Assembly (NCBI RefSeq): GCF_009914755.1
Contig: NC_060932.1
Length of the DNA: 64,000 nt
Source: the human T2T-CHM13v2.0 reference genome, Homo sapiens
Strand: one strand, 5' to 3'
How positions within the stretch are numbered: the first letter of the stretch is position 1; each line of letters opens with the position of its first letter. Below are positions 24,459 through 39,779 of this stretch, in pieces. Position numbers and translations under genes: made by a program. Below the pieces are notes generated by a model that searched no databases, was not told where the DNA came from, and worked only from the letters and a program-made list of their open reading frames with translations.

Positions 24459-25387
24459 AAAAGGTGACATATTGTATAATTCCATTTATATGATATGACC
24501 AAATAGCTAAATCCAAAGAGACAGAAATAGCTTAGTGTCTACTACATGGCCTAAGCAGAGAGAAGAGAAAGTAGTAACAGCTTAATGAGTATGAGGTTTC
24601 TTTCTAGGGTGATAAAAATGTTCTGAAATTGGTAGTATTGTTGCACAACAATTGTGAATGTACTAAAAGCCATTTAATTGTACATTTTTAAATGGTTAAA
24701 ATGGTGACTGGGTGAATTCCACTTCAATTTTTTAAAAAAGAAACCAAAGGATTATAAAGGGATATCCCAAGATAATAACAAAAGTCCACTCCGGAAAAAA
24801 AGCTGCACATTAGTACTAAAGAACAACTAGTCCATATTGGAATAGGATAATGGAGTATTCTGAAAGGAATGTCCCATGTAAGGAAAAAAAGAACTGATAT
24901 ACTTGAGCATAAATAGTATAAAACAAGTGTGACAGAGTTGTTGGAGCATTTTAGTAAAAGAGTTAACAATAGATAACATAGAAAAATAAGGCAAACATTC
25001 GCTTTAGAAAAAACAATAAACTGTATGAAAAGGGAGATGTGCACCTCTTGGCTAAGCAGTTATATTTTACACAGTCATAGTAGTATAAAGAGTGAGTAAC
25101 ACTTTAATTGAAACTTGTGAAATAACTATGTGGTGGGGAGATGAAAAGGTGAAGAAGTGAAGAAACTGATGTGAAAGATGTAAGTTCTCATTTACCAAGA
25201 TAAAATGTCAATATAAAGTTTTCAAAAATTAAGAAATTTGGAAATAATTGTATTTAGAAATATGAGGATAAATATTAGAAGAAAAAAATTAATGGTCTTT
25301 TCATACTTCAAACTTTTAAACTACATACATTAATTGACAAAAATTTGGAAACTAAAATCATTTTATTTTATTTTTAAAATAGCTAGT

Positions 25388-25855
25388 GTGGGAGAGACTA
25401 TTGGTTCTCCCCTAGAGCAGTTTTTTCTTTTTGCTTCAGTAATAGAATTAACTGTATTGCTAAAGACTATGTTTCCCAGTCTACCCTGCCAGTAGGCAAA
25501 GTATGACCAAGTTCTGGCAATGTGATGTAAGTGGAAGTACTATGTGCAACTTCCGGGTCATACTCTTAAGGGAAACTTCCTTTCCCCTTTCCTCCTTCCT
25601 AATGGCTACACAGGAACATGATGGCAGGAGCAGAGGCAGTTATCTTGGGACCATGAGATGGAAGCCATGTGTTGAGGATGGCATAGCAATAAGATAACAG
25701 AACAGTGGGAAAATAGAAACTTCACAGGGCAAGATCATTACAACAGTTCAGAATTTTATGTGATATAGAAAACCTAGTAATAAACTCCTATCTTGTTTAA
25801 GCCATTGTATTCTGGTCTCTCCTTGAAAGCAGTCAAAGTGGTAGCCTGACTCATA
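25388..25855 (+). mobile_element. MaLR LTR (MLT1J-like)
   Basis: tgaccaagttctggcaatgtgatgtaagtggaagt...tcttgtttaagccattgtattc motifs. Confidence 0.7.
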
Positions 25856-25973
25856 TAGATAGAAATCAATCAAAAAATATATAATAAAATTTCATATAAG
25901 TTTGCATCTAAGTGATAAAGTAATATTAACTTTATATGAATGCTAAGACATTCAATGATAAAATTGGGAATTA

Positions 25974-26066
<93 letters not shown>

Positions 26067-28407
26067 TTAAACATGAAGAAAATAAACTTTTTAACTCAGG
26101 TTTTAAAATTTTATATAATTAGTTTAACTACCCAAAAATATTTTCCTAATAATAAATGCATTTAGTAGGAGCTAAGTAATAAGCAATCATTATAAGTCTG
26201 CTTATTTAAAATGAGCGACAAAAACATCTTTCAAAATATATTCACATATATCTACAGTTTTTTTGGCATTATTATAATTATTGTTGAAAAGGAATATAAA
26301 ACTAAAGATGAATTTTATTGTCCTAAACATAAATAATTCCATAGCCATTAAAAGTATTTTTTCTTGACAAAAATGCCATTCAGAAAATTTAATTGATGAA
26401 AACAACACATTTTTATTCACAAAAATTCTGCAATAATACTAGAGTATTTACTTTTTTAATTTCTGAAGTAGAGACTGATGTCGCTTTATAAGCCCATGGA
26501 CTGTTTCACCTAATGCCTTGGAAATAAGAGAAATAAGAAAAATTGATGTATCCAATGAGAGGAAGAAAATCAGAAACATTGGTAGAGCTCTATGTCTTGA
26601 AGAGAGACGCCTTAGTGCAGAGTTTTTCCAGTCTCACTTGCAAGACCATCTTTATGATAAGATTGGCTAAGCTAATCTGATGATATTTTAAAAATCCATT
26701 TTTACCTAAATCTTTTTCTTCTGATCCCATGCTCACCAAGACATACTCAGATTCAATTTAGCTTTCCATAAATCTCCCTAGAAGTAAACAATATACCAGC
26801 TGTACCAATAAGAGGAACCCAGAACGCAAGACATCAAGATTTCTCATTATAAAATAATTGGTGTTCTGATTTTATAAACCAGTTTTACAAACTTGGTTAA
26901 TACTATCTACCCCTGAGAGATTATCTCCTCTTGTGCTGACAAAAATCAGTTTGTAAACCATCCCTGAATTAAGGTAAATCATGAAGGTAGGTTTCTTTGG
27001 AGACATCTATCCTTAAAAATAAATATCTCTGCTCCATCAATCATTGTATTGACAAGTTGTAAGCCATTCCTTAAATTTCTGTGAATGCTAACTACTCCAC
27101 CTAAAGGCAGTAGGACTAATTATCTAATGCTATGACACAATAAAGTCTATGGAGATAATTCTACACTATTGAAACAAGAATGTAGAAAATTCTTGAAACA
27201 AGAATGTAAAAAGAAATCAAGTTTTAGTAGAGCTTTTTAAGTAGAGGAGAAAAAAATGGAAAATGCCTAAGATTTGGGTTCTCCAAAGTTCTTCTAGACT
27301 GTTGTATTTAATTAACTATAAAATGGTATTCTAAAAATTAAAAAAAAAAACAATTTCTTGCCTCCGGAAATTTTAGCAGATGCACATTTCACTAAGTGTG
27401 TAACATCTACTTAAATGCAAGATCTAAAATCAAACTTGAAGGTAAAATTGTACCTTGTCATGTCTGTACATATTAAAAACTTAAAATACTGATTATTTCA
27501 AATAATAGCATGTAAAAAGTACACCTACAAAAAGTTTTATACAGTGATTATCTATATGTTATCTCATTTAATTATAATCCTATAAGGAATAAGGCAAGTG
27601 CTATGATCACTATGTTATAGGTAAGGAAAATCAGACCAGAAGAGTTTGGTGACCAAGCCAAAAGTACACAGATAAGAAACAGCTGAGCTAGGTTTTGAAA
27701 CTCAAGGCTACTATGTAAATTTGTGAAGGGTATGCATCTAAAGGGTTACCATTCACCACAGAAATGCTGTATATTTTCTAGCAGAGAGCAGCAAAGTATC
27801 TTACTCAAAAAAAAGAAAACTTGTATTTTTCTATAATTTTTCAATCCTCTTCTAATTCTTGCAAAGGTGCCAAATGTGTAGTAGTGGACCCGTTGAACTC
27901 ATTCATTTAACAAACACAGAATGCCTATGACATGACAAGCACTGTGCTTTGTGTCAGGAAATACAAAGATGAACATGACATTCCAGTATCTGTTCTCAGA
28001 GACTCACAAACTAAAAGGCAGAAAAATAAAAGAGCAAATCATAATAAAATTTGAGAAGCTCTGTAATAAAGATATGCAGAAAGTACAATAAAAGGACTGA
28101 GTCAGGGTATCGAACTTGGCTTAGAAATGCCAGGAAAGGCTTTACATAGGAGATGATGCTTATACTGACTCTTGAAGGATCAGTAGGAGTTAGCCTGGCA
28201 AACTGATGAAAAATTAATGTTTATGGAATAAAGGAATAGCCTTGTACTGAAGAGCATGGGAAAATATGGCTAGTTCAGGAAATGTAAAAGGTTAAACAGA
28301 GGAGTAAAGCAGGATAAGCATCAAGTTTCTTATAATTTTATTCAAATCAAGTGCTCTTTGCAATGGCACAATTCCCCAATATGCATGCCCAGATTTTCTA
28401 TTTAGAC

Positions 28408-28704
28408 TTTTTGTATTTTTTTGAGACAGCGTCTTGCTCTGTCACCCAGGCTGGAGTGCAGTGCCGTGATCATAGGTCACTGTAACCTTGAACTCCTGAA
28501 CTCAAGTCATCCTCCCAACTCAGCCTCCTGAGGAGCTAGGACTGCAGGCATATACCACCATACCCAGCTACTTTTCAAAAGTTTTTGTAGAGACAAGATC
28601 TTGCTACATTGCCCAGGCTGGTCTCAAACTCCTGGGCTCAAGTGATCCTCCCACCTCAGCCTTCCAAAGTGCTAGGACTACAAGTGTGAGCACCCCATCT
28701 GGCC
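28408..28704 (-). mobile_element. AluJ
   Basis: Diverged reverse Alu with AluJ-type ctcaagtgatcctcccacctcagcc. Confidence 0.92.
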
Positions 28705-29039
28705 CTTTTATATTCTATAGCAAGAATGTTCCCAGCCTCTTGTCACTCATCTTAAACAAATGTATACCACTCAGATCAGGAAAGAGAATAAAAGAGACAA
28801 ATGCGTATCACTCTCCATTCCTAGAATGAAAAGTTAAAGTGTGAGATTTCTAGGCAATATCAAAAGACAAAAGGTAAACAGGAAAAAAAATTACAATTCG
28901 TATCTTAAATGGTTTCACCTAAAAGAGCTCCCAGGAAAACAATTTTTTAAAAAATAAAAAAGCCTATAGAAGAGAATGGGCAAAGGACAAGAAATGGTAA
29001 CACAGAGGAGAGGAAATCCAAATGACTCTGAAACAGATC

Positions 29040-29550
29040 AAAATTAGCCACATATTCTTGATACTCTTCTCATCACGAGGTACACTCTGTATCTCCTTCA
29101 CTTAAATCTTGGCAAAATCTATGACTGCTCCTACCAATATACATTTCAGAAGTGACACAGTGCTAGTTTCCAGTCCCAGATATTAAGAGACTGGCAACTT
29201 CTATCTCCTGTCCCTTTGAACATTAGTCTTGGAACCCAGATATAGTGTTATAAGAAGCCCAAGCCACTTGGAAAGGCCATTTGTAGGTGCTCATTCCAGT
29301 TCATAGTACCAGCTGAGCTCCAAGCCAATGGCCAGTATTAACTGACAGCCATGTGAGTGAGCCATTTTCATCATCCAGTCCAGTCAAGCCTTTAAGTGCT
29401 TCCTGTCCTCGATGCTATCTGACTGCAACTACATGACTACACTAAAGTGAGATAGGGCCAGCTCAGTCCAGTCATCCCAGGAGACCATGAAAGATAAAAA
29501 TAAGCTATTGTTTTAAGCCAAAATTTTCAAATACTTTGTTATGAAGAAAT
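29040..29550 (+). mobile_element. MaLR LTR (MLT1H-like)
   Basis: taagagactggcaacttc; cagccatgtgagtgagccat; tgttttaagcca motifs. Confidence 0.7.
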
Positions 29551-29554
29551 AATG

Positions 29555-32460
29555 AAAAACAGGTTAAAGGAAGTTGTTCATAAAGAAAGATAATACCAGA
29601 CAGAGCCATGGATTTACACAAAGAAATAAAAAGTTCTGGAAAGGCAATAAATGAAAGTAAAATAAAATTCTTTCTTTTAGTTTTTAAAGTTAAAAGACAA
29701 CACAGAAAGAAAAAAAACATTAGTAATGATTGTGTGTTTACAGTCCAAACAAAAGTAAAATTATCATCATAATAAGCACAAGAATGTAAGGGTGGTCTCT
29801 ACAAAAAAAGTTGCTAGATCTAATAATTGAGTTTAACAAAATCACTATAAAAAATCAATTATTTTTCTAAACTCTAGCAACCAACCAGTAAAATTTAAAA
29901 TTTACAAAAAATACCATTTACAACAGTATCGAAATATCTGAAACACTTATAAATTTTATAAATGATGTTCAAAAGCCCTATGCTGGAAAATACAAAGAAT
30001 CAAGGGATATGTCATGTTAATAGATCATAAGATGTCAATTCTTCCCATATTAATCTATAAATTCAATCAAAATGCCAATAGACTTTTTGTAGAAAATGAC
30101 AAGCTCACTTAAAATTTATATGCAAATGCAAAAGACCTAGAATTGTAAAGATAAATTTTAGAAACGAAGTTAGTGACCTTTCACAACCTGGTTTCAAGAC
30201 ATCATAAAGCTACAGTAGACTATAAAGTGCAATATTGACATAAAGATAGACATAAATCAACAGATCATAATAGTTTTGAAATAAATTAATGCATGTATGA
30301 TATACTGATTTTTCAATGAACTTTTGCAGTTCAATAATAAAAGGACAAACAACCCAAATAATAGAAATAGTCAAAAAGATATGAACAGACACGCCATCAA
30401 AAAAAATTTTTTTAAAGAAAGAAAAACGGAAAGAAAAACAGATGTCAAAGAAGTTCATGGTAAGATGCCAAATCTCACTAAACATTAGGAAAATGTTAAT
30501 TTAAATACAATGAGATACCACTACTTACACACTAAAATGGCTAAAAATAAAAAGATTGACCATTCTAATGTTGGCAAGGCTGTGAAGCATCTGGAGCTCC
30601 CTCATATTACTGATGAGAAGGTAAAATGGCCACTTTGGAAAACATTTTATGATATCTTATAACGCTAAACAAACTTACTATATGATCTATCAATTCCACT
30701 CCTGGGTAGTATGTGTATTTCCACACAAAGATTTGTACATGATAGTCTATAGTAGCATTATTTATAATATCTAAAAACTAGATACAATCCAATGTTGTCA
30801 ACTGATGAATAAACAAACTGTTGTATATTTAAAGTAGGACACTATTCCACATTAAAAAAAAAAAACAACTACTGATATATACAACATGAAAGGATCTCAT
30901 AAACATAACGCTGAGCAAAAGAACCCAGCACCAAGGAATATACATGATATTTTTCATTTATATGAAACTCTAGAACAGTAAAAACTAACTTATCTATCAT
31001 TAAAAGAAGCGGATCAGTGGATGTGTGGGGCAAGAAGGAGGGCAAGGGGTTAGTGTTAAGTGTAAGTGGTAAATTATTGCAAGGGGATATAAGGACATTT
31101 TGGAGGAAGATGGAAGATTTTCATTGTGGGGTTCATTACATAGCATAAATATTTCTCAAAAGTCATTGAACAAATGAGTTCACCTTACTATATGTAAATT
31201 ATACCTCAATAAAGGTAGGTTTGAAAATATATCAAGTATCTCTAACATAGGTTCTAATAGCCTTTGCATTATAATTGAAGCAGCAGACAAAACTGTACGT
31301 TTAGAAGTAATTTAATTCATAATTTGATTTTTCTCTATAAAACTGCAATGTTAACATATTAATTTTTTACATATAAAGTGAAAGAAGGTCAATGGTTCCA
31401 AAAAGTAATGAATATTACTGTTGTATTTAATTAAGGAAATGTTAGCTGCTAGAACAAATACAACATTTCTATGACTTATAGAAAACTCATAATAAAGCCA
31501 GAGTAATTAAGACATCATGATATTGATTATACAGAGATACAAAAATGATCACTAGAACAGAATAAAGAGCCCAGAACAGATATATCTATATGAAAAATTA
31601 TTATATAATTAAGATTCCACTATAAATCAGTGTGGAAAGGATGAATTATTCAATAAATTATGCTTTACAATCAGTTGCTTATAGGAGAAAAACTAGATTT
31701 CTATCTTACACCATCCAAAAAATCACCTTGAGGTAGACTACACACCTAAATATGAAAGCAAATCTTCAAAGCTTTTGGAAGAATATATAGAAAACATCTT
31801 TTAATTTTGGAAATGGGAAGACTTTTTAAAAGTGAAATCCTAAAGAAAAACATTGACAATATCACTACATTAATATTTAAAACTTTTAAACAAAAAATGC
31901 CACATAAAAAATGACTCTCTAGCAGACCATATTCCTGGAAAAGAAAATATTTTTATGCACATAAGAAAAATAATTAGAATCCAGAACATATTTTAAAGGC
32001 ATATAAATCAAAAAGAATAAAATCCTGGAAAAATGGGATAATAATTTGAATTGGCAATTCACAAAAGAGGAAATCCAAATGGTCAAACTAGACATATGAA
32101 AAGATGCTCTACTTCACAAGTAATAGAGAATTAAAAATTAAAACCAACCAAAATATATAATTTCTCATCCTCTGTCTCACCCAATGTTCAAGTCTGACAA
32201 TAGTAAGGTGAGGACATAGACAAATCAGAGCCCCTGTTCATACAAATCGCTTTGAAGAGTAATTTGGCAGTATCAAAAAGTTGAAATTAAGAATACTTAG
32301 TAATTCTACTCTAACTTTATGCCACAGAAAACTTCTCAAACATGTAAAAATGAAACATATAGATGGCAGTCACAATAGCATTTATTATAATATAGAAACA
32401 AGCGCCCATCAACAGAAAATGGAAAAAAAAATGTGGTATAGTCACATATATTAAAAGATT
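29555..32460 (+). mobile_element. Old L1M (L1MC/L1ME-type) fragments
   Basis: Decayed ORF2 and 3'UTR motifs (aatgagataccactac; caattccactcctggg; tatgtaaattatacctcaataaa). Confidence 0.7.
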
Positions 32461-32466
32461 GTTCTA

Positions 32467-33066
<600 letters not shown>

Positions 33067-33443
33067 CTAATTTACTTAGTCAAAAAATTAAAATTTGTAA
33101 TAAAATGTTAAAGCAAAGATGACAAAATCCTATTTACATAAAACAAATAAAACAATTATATTTATCATAGCAAAAGTACAAATATATTCATGGAAAAAAT
33201 AAATTGAGGATAGTTATCCATGGGCAGGACGGGAAGGAAATACGATGGTAGAAGCATATATATAGAGTTTGTAACTATATGTGAAGTTGTTTTTCTTTAA
33301 ACTTTTTTAAAGCAAATATAGCAAAATGTTTAGACTTAAAAATGCTGGGTGACAGATAAATGGGTGTTACATTATCTTTAACATATGTACATAAATTTTT
33401 ATAAAGTATATAAGCATAGTATCTGGCACACAATAGCCATCTA

Positions 33444-33599
<156 letters not shown>

Positions 33600-35279
33600 T
33601 CATAGATCTATTATTTCAATAAATAATATAATCAACTAAAAAGCTTAAGTATCCAAGATATTCTTGGCACTGTTTTGAAATGTGTTCTGATAGTTCATTT
33701 ATTCAACATTCATCCAACCTTATGAAATGTCAGATGCTGTGTTAAAAGGATGGACACACAAACATGAAAAGAGTTCAGAGATAAGAGTTCACAGTGTATT
33801 TTAAAAGACAAGTTCATACATAATGATTATAATACAATTTGATAAGCAGTATGCTTATTGAGAGATTTAGAGAAAGTACTAGGGCAAACGGAATAGGTTT
33901 GGGGTATCACATAGGTTTCACAACATGAAGTAATTAAATCTGAAACTGAATCTAAAAGAAAACGTAGTGATTCCTTTAGAGATCTGAGATGGCCAGGGAG
34001 TATGTAAGCGTGTTAAGAAACACCAAAATTAATTTCTGATTTACTAGACTTTTCTGCCTAATAATTCCCTACTCTGCGTCTGGATCTTAAGAAGGTACAA
34101 CTAAATAAGATACCAGGGCTACCTGCCCACCTTGCATCCCCTCTCATTCTCATTCTTCCATGTAACAACCTTGGAGAGAAATCAGTGAAAAATTGGATCT
34201 GCAGAGATGAAGGGGGGTGGGAGTTGCTGGAGAAAGTCTGGTCACAGAAAAGAGCTGCTGCAATTGTTTTACATTCTTTCCTTTAGGATAAAATTTGAGA
34301 CTTGACCCTACACAACCGCTTCCACTGCACCAGAAGTATACAGAATCAGCATTATTCAGCTATGGTCCCAGAAGATCCATTAATTTCATTTAGCTGACAT
34401 AAGTCACAGGCATATTGAGAGCAAACATAACCAAAGTGGAGATTATCATCTTCCTTGAAGGATCCAATGATGGGAAAATGAACACAGGACAGAAACTGGT
34501 GCCACTTCTACCTTTTTTGCTTCATTTGTAAACTCAACAAAGTATCTATATTTTCCCATTTATAAGTAGTAATTCAGCTGAATACACAGACTAAGAAAAA
34601 GTTTAAAAAGTTATATGTGTATCACCTAAAGTAGACACAGAAGCCATTCTAGCAACAAGTAATGAACAGAATTAAAAGACTGATATTCCAATTTAGAAGT
34701 TAAATACCAGGTATTTCAGGAATTTCTCCAAAAGAATAGCTTCATGGGCAAAAGAAAAACATTTTAGAATGTTTAAAATAGATATTTTGAAATTAGACCT
34801 GTTCTAGTTCAAACACAGCCATAACCTCTATCAGAGCACAAGTATGACACAACTACTACAGAACCTTTAAGATTTGTGCTAATATTTTTTTTTTGGCATT
34901 TAGTTACGTACTTATTCTTTTAAAAGGTTAAATTCTCTCTCCAGCATGATTGCCCTGCAGTTATCATAATCACAGGGCACAGTTTGTACTGGGAGTATCA
35001 CTCTGACCAGAAGCCAGAAGCCTACAAAAATGAGACATGAGAAAAAACACACACACAGAAAGTTACTTTCAGTCAAGGGTTATTCTTCCTACTTTTGTTG
35101 GTCTGGTAGATTATAGATTGGTAGGTAATTAAGAATCTTTCTCCTTCAGTAATACAAACTCTTAGTTTTCATTATTTCTTTAAATATCCACCTGAAACAA
35201 TACTTTATATATTATTTAGCTTTTCAAATACTAATTAGTCATTAACACATTAATATTTAAAGAACTGTACAATCTATTA

Positions 35280-35426
<147 letters not shown>

Positions 35427-35581
35427 TCAAGATGCTTTACATGTATACAAATAACTACATCTTTTTTTAAGATGCCTATTTTACAAGTTAAAGTGGAAAA
35501 CACAAACACAAAAAAGCATTTAATATGCAATACTCAGACTCCTTTTATAGCATTTGTCACAGTTAAACATTCCCTCTTTGA

Positions 35582-35866
<285 letters not shown>

Positions 35867-38800
35867 TAACTTCCTTAGCTGATTCCTCTTCTTCTGTCTT
35901 TCTTCCGAATTTGGCTTTGGTCTTCTTAGCTAAAACTCATCTATGCTCACGGCTGCAACCTCCTATCTACATGATAAATATGCCCTAATTTATACTTCCA
36001 GAATCTACTTCTCTTTTAAACTCCAGTTCTATTTTTCTAATTGTCTAATAATATTTCAATTTATATATTATCACAGGTACCTCAAATTCAACATATCTAA
36101 AATCTAATTAATAACTTTAACTCCTGTATTCCTTTAAAGTCATCACCAACTCCCTTGGACCACACTTGGTAAAACTGCCTTCAATTTGATGGGCTAAATT
36201 AGAGCCTCTGATTCCAAAATCAGTCTTTAATTTCTGTTCACGCTACTTCCAAAATATTAATGTTATTTTGTTTCACCATATATTTGGACATTCAAGTGTT
36301 TTGTCTATAGTTCCCTTACTATCTCTGCTGCTCTTCTTCCAAACAGCTATTTATCTGTCAAGACCAAGATCAAGCTCTTGCCACTTCCTTGGAAAATATC
36401 CCCCTGTCTCAACAGGTAAGGTTAAATAAAATAGTCTACATGAAGTTCTCTAATAATAAAATAATAATAACAATAATAATAATTCCTCCTTCCTTACATT
36501 CCTCCTTCACTGGTCCCTACTGTATTTTATCACTTTTTCTAAAATATATCACAGTAAATATATTACATGTCTACTTATTGGACTATCAGTTAGTTGAGGC
36601 CACAAAAACCAGACCTTATTTATTTTTGTATTCTAGTATCTGCAACATAGATTTATTAAATAAACTCTATAAACGCTAAGTACCTCGTCATTGCAACTAA
36701 AATCTGACACCTGTATGGGACACAAGATTTCCAAATTTTGATGCCCATCAAGACAAAGTCAAAAATAAAACTCCACTTGATTTTGCACCTGCTTATCCAG
36801 AAATAATTGTAACCATATGATATTAAGCAAATCATAAGTCTAAGTGCCTATTTCACCAAGTATAAGATAGAGTTAGTAACCCTTTAAGTTCCCAGAAATG
36901 CTTTATCCTATTTTTTAAATATCTTTGGACATGTATAATTCAAATGTTAAAATTATAAACTTATAAACAACCTCTCAAAATTAGGAATGATAAGTAAGCA
37001 CCCAAAAGTTACTATTTGGAGATAACCCAGCAAGTACTTCAAGTTAATACCAACCCAGCTTTGTAATGTGTCTGTTAGCTAGTATTTCAACGTGGCAAAA
37101 CTAATGCTCTCTGTACTTTTTGTGCAATACAATTGGATATAACAAGATGAAAAAAAAGTTATAAGCACAAATAGAAAAAATACTTCAAATAAAGTTATTA
37201 ATATTTTCTATGTAGAAGAGTATATTTAAAATAAGGACCAAAAAGCAACCTAATATACATTGCTTTATTTGATGTTTATCCTAGCTATTTTAGTTAAGAC
37301 CCTAATACTAGTATGTAGTAACTTTCCATCCTGTTCCCCATATGAAACTAGTGAATCAGAATACAATAGGATAGAGTACTTTGGCACACACTTCGTTGTT
37401 TTTCATTGCTCAGCTGAAATTTAGTTGTAGGTTGTTAAGTCTTTTCCAATCGCTGAGCAAGGCAAATCCACAGTATTCAAACTAGGGATTTTCAAGAGTT
37501 GGGGATTACAGAACTCCATTATATGACTTTGCAACACAAGTAAATAAACAAAAAATCAAAGCTCTTTTGGTGCCACCTACCCTTCAATTTACAGTAGGAA
37601 AGATACAGCAATGGCTCCCTGTATATAAATCCACATCAGTTAAGGAAATTAGAAAAGATGGTGTCATTCAGTACTCTGTTTAATATTTTTTTTTAAAGTA
37701 AACGATGCCTGCAGGGAAACACTGACATTATAGGGGACAAGTTTGGGATTACAATGCATAGTACATTCCACCATCATGTTATTAATGAAAAAGGTTAAGT
37801 ATTTATAAAAAGTAATTATTATTGTAAAACTGAGTCACGAGATTATAATTAAGGCAGAACTCCATAAACCAAAACCTAATTCTCAGTTTAGTTAAAAATA
37901 ATAAAGACTTAACTGCACTACAAAGTCATTATACAAAACAAATTCAGTCTTAAACTCTAATGCCTGCTTCATCCATGGAATGTAGAGATCAAAAAGTTTC
38001 CCTTGAAGCTACTGGTGCTACCTAGAGTAGCCATGTATCATATCAACGATTCAAAGCACAGTTACAAAATAAACAGAATTCTGCCTACAACATTGGGTAG
38101 CAAGTAGTGGGCCTATCATAAGGTTGTAAAATGTAAATTTAAAAATGTAAATGTATAGTTTTGTGGTATAAATGTTTTTTAAAGGATATTTTGATCCAAT
38201 GTCTCCAAAAAAACTTTCTATTAATACATACTGAGAAATGGTTGCTGAATAGTTTTTTTCAAGATCACACACACTTAACAAATCATCTTTAAAGACCAAG
38301 TTGTATGAATAGAATATTGGTAAATCAGTTAGTTATTTACAGTTGCTATTCTACACCTGGCAATACTAACTATATCTTAGGTTCCTTTTCTTTTTAAAAA
38401 ATTTACCTAAGTATGAATCTTCAGGCCTTATCAGTCCTGATATTACCAGTAAACCTAGAATTGTCTAAAATACAATGGGATAATAAGCAGATACATTGAC
38501 CACTTTGGCCAAAATCTTATTAATCTTATTTTTTAATTAAGATGCCTTTTTAAGGTCCTACTACATACTAAATATAATTTCATTTAATTTTGAGCCATAT
38601 ATGAACGGTGGAAGAAAATTATTATTAGTCCCACTTCACAGATAAGAAACCTGAGGCTCAGAAAAATAAGAGACATGCCCAAGTCCACATAGCTACTAAG
38701 TGCTAGATATTAGGATTTGACTACAAAGTTCACACCTTTATATCAAAACTTGCCTATTTGTTACATAAAAGAAAGATATCTGACTGTCCATTTATTACAT

Positions 38801-39779
38801 GTGGACACTGCGTGTATAGATTTAAAAATTAATGTGAAAAGTAACATTTATTTATAAGGCCATGCAGAATAAATTGGTATATGCTAATAATATCCATTTC
38901 TTCAATTTACCATTTTTCTTAGAATACTAAATAAATTAGGGAGTACTGTGCTTTCCTCACGCTACAGACATGGTATACTGCCATACTAACCATAGATCAC
39001 AGCATATGAAATATACTATGCACTGTTTTTAGAAGCTGAGTACTATACTTAAACTCCAATATAAATTCTAGTCTTCTTTGGAAAGTACTGATGCTACCGC
39101 TGCCGTTGAGAAATAAGATCATATAAAGTGAAATAATGAAATGAAAAGACCATATTTGAATTTACCTTGTGTATAATTCCCATATGATAACCAGATAAAA
39201 TTTCATCTCAATTTCCAACTTCAAAACATTACAAAGTTAGGATTCCTTGAAACCCAATACTGCTTGTAAGTAAACTGCTCACACTGACAAAATGATAGAT
39301 GAAGAGAAACATACAGGAAACATCGGGGAGTAAGAAATAAACCACCTATGACTCAAGTGGTGAAAGACATTTCACGTTCCATATATCTGGTTGCACTATT
39401 AAGGAAAAATTAAAACGAAAATATCAAAAAACTAGAAGCTTGGAGAGTTCCAACATATCTTCCATTTCATGCCTTCTCTTTATAACTAATTTAATTTTTT
39501 TTTTGGTCTATTTGAGGGATTTCTCAAAACAAAACACAATTTAACATTCGGATGGGCTAAAGCTGTCCAGGTAATAGGTGTCTGTGATTACTTTAGTCAT
39601 GTAACTGTCCTTTCCGTAGCTTTGACTAAAACACCAGCAATGAAAACCTTGTGCCACCGGGTGGAGGGGGCAAATCGTCTTGAAAGCCTCCCACCGCCTG
39701 GCACCAGGTGCTGGGGCAGAGCCAAGGGGAGCTGTGTACTTAGCTCCTTTTTTGGCGATGGCTTTGGTCTCGGCCACTT

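Larger units (their letters stand above)
17330..24720 (+). mobile_element. Near-full-length ancient L1 (L1MB-like) with nested insertions and an internal inversion
   Basis: In order: 5'UTR-like region, ORF1 remnants (~18250-19500), ORF2 EN start (~19940, attacattaaatgtaaatg), ORF2 C-terminal remnants (22700-24200) and an L1MB-type 3' end (gggtgataaaaatgttctg...aaatggttaaaatggtg). Confidence 0.85.
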
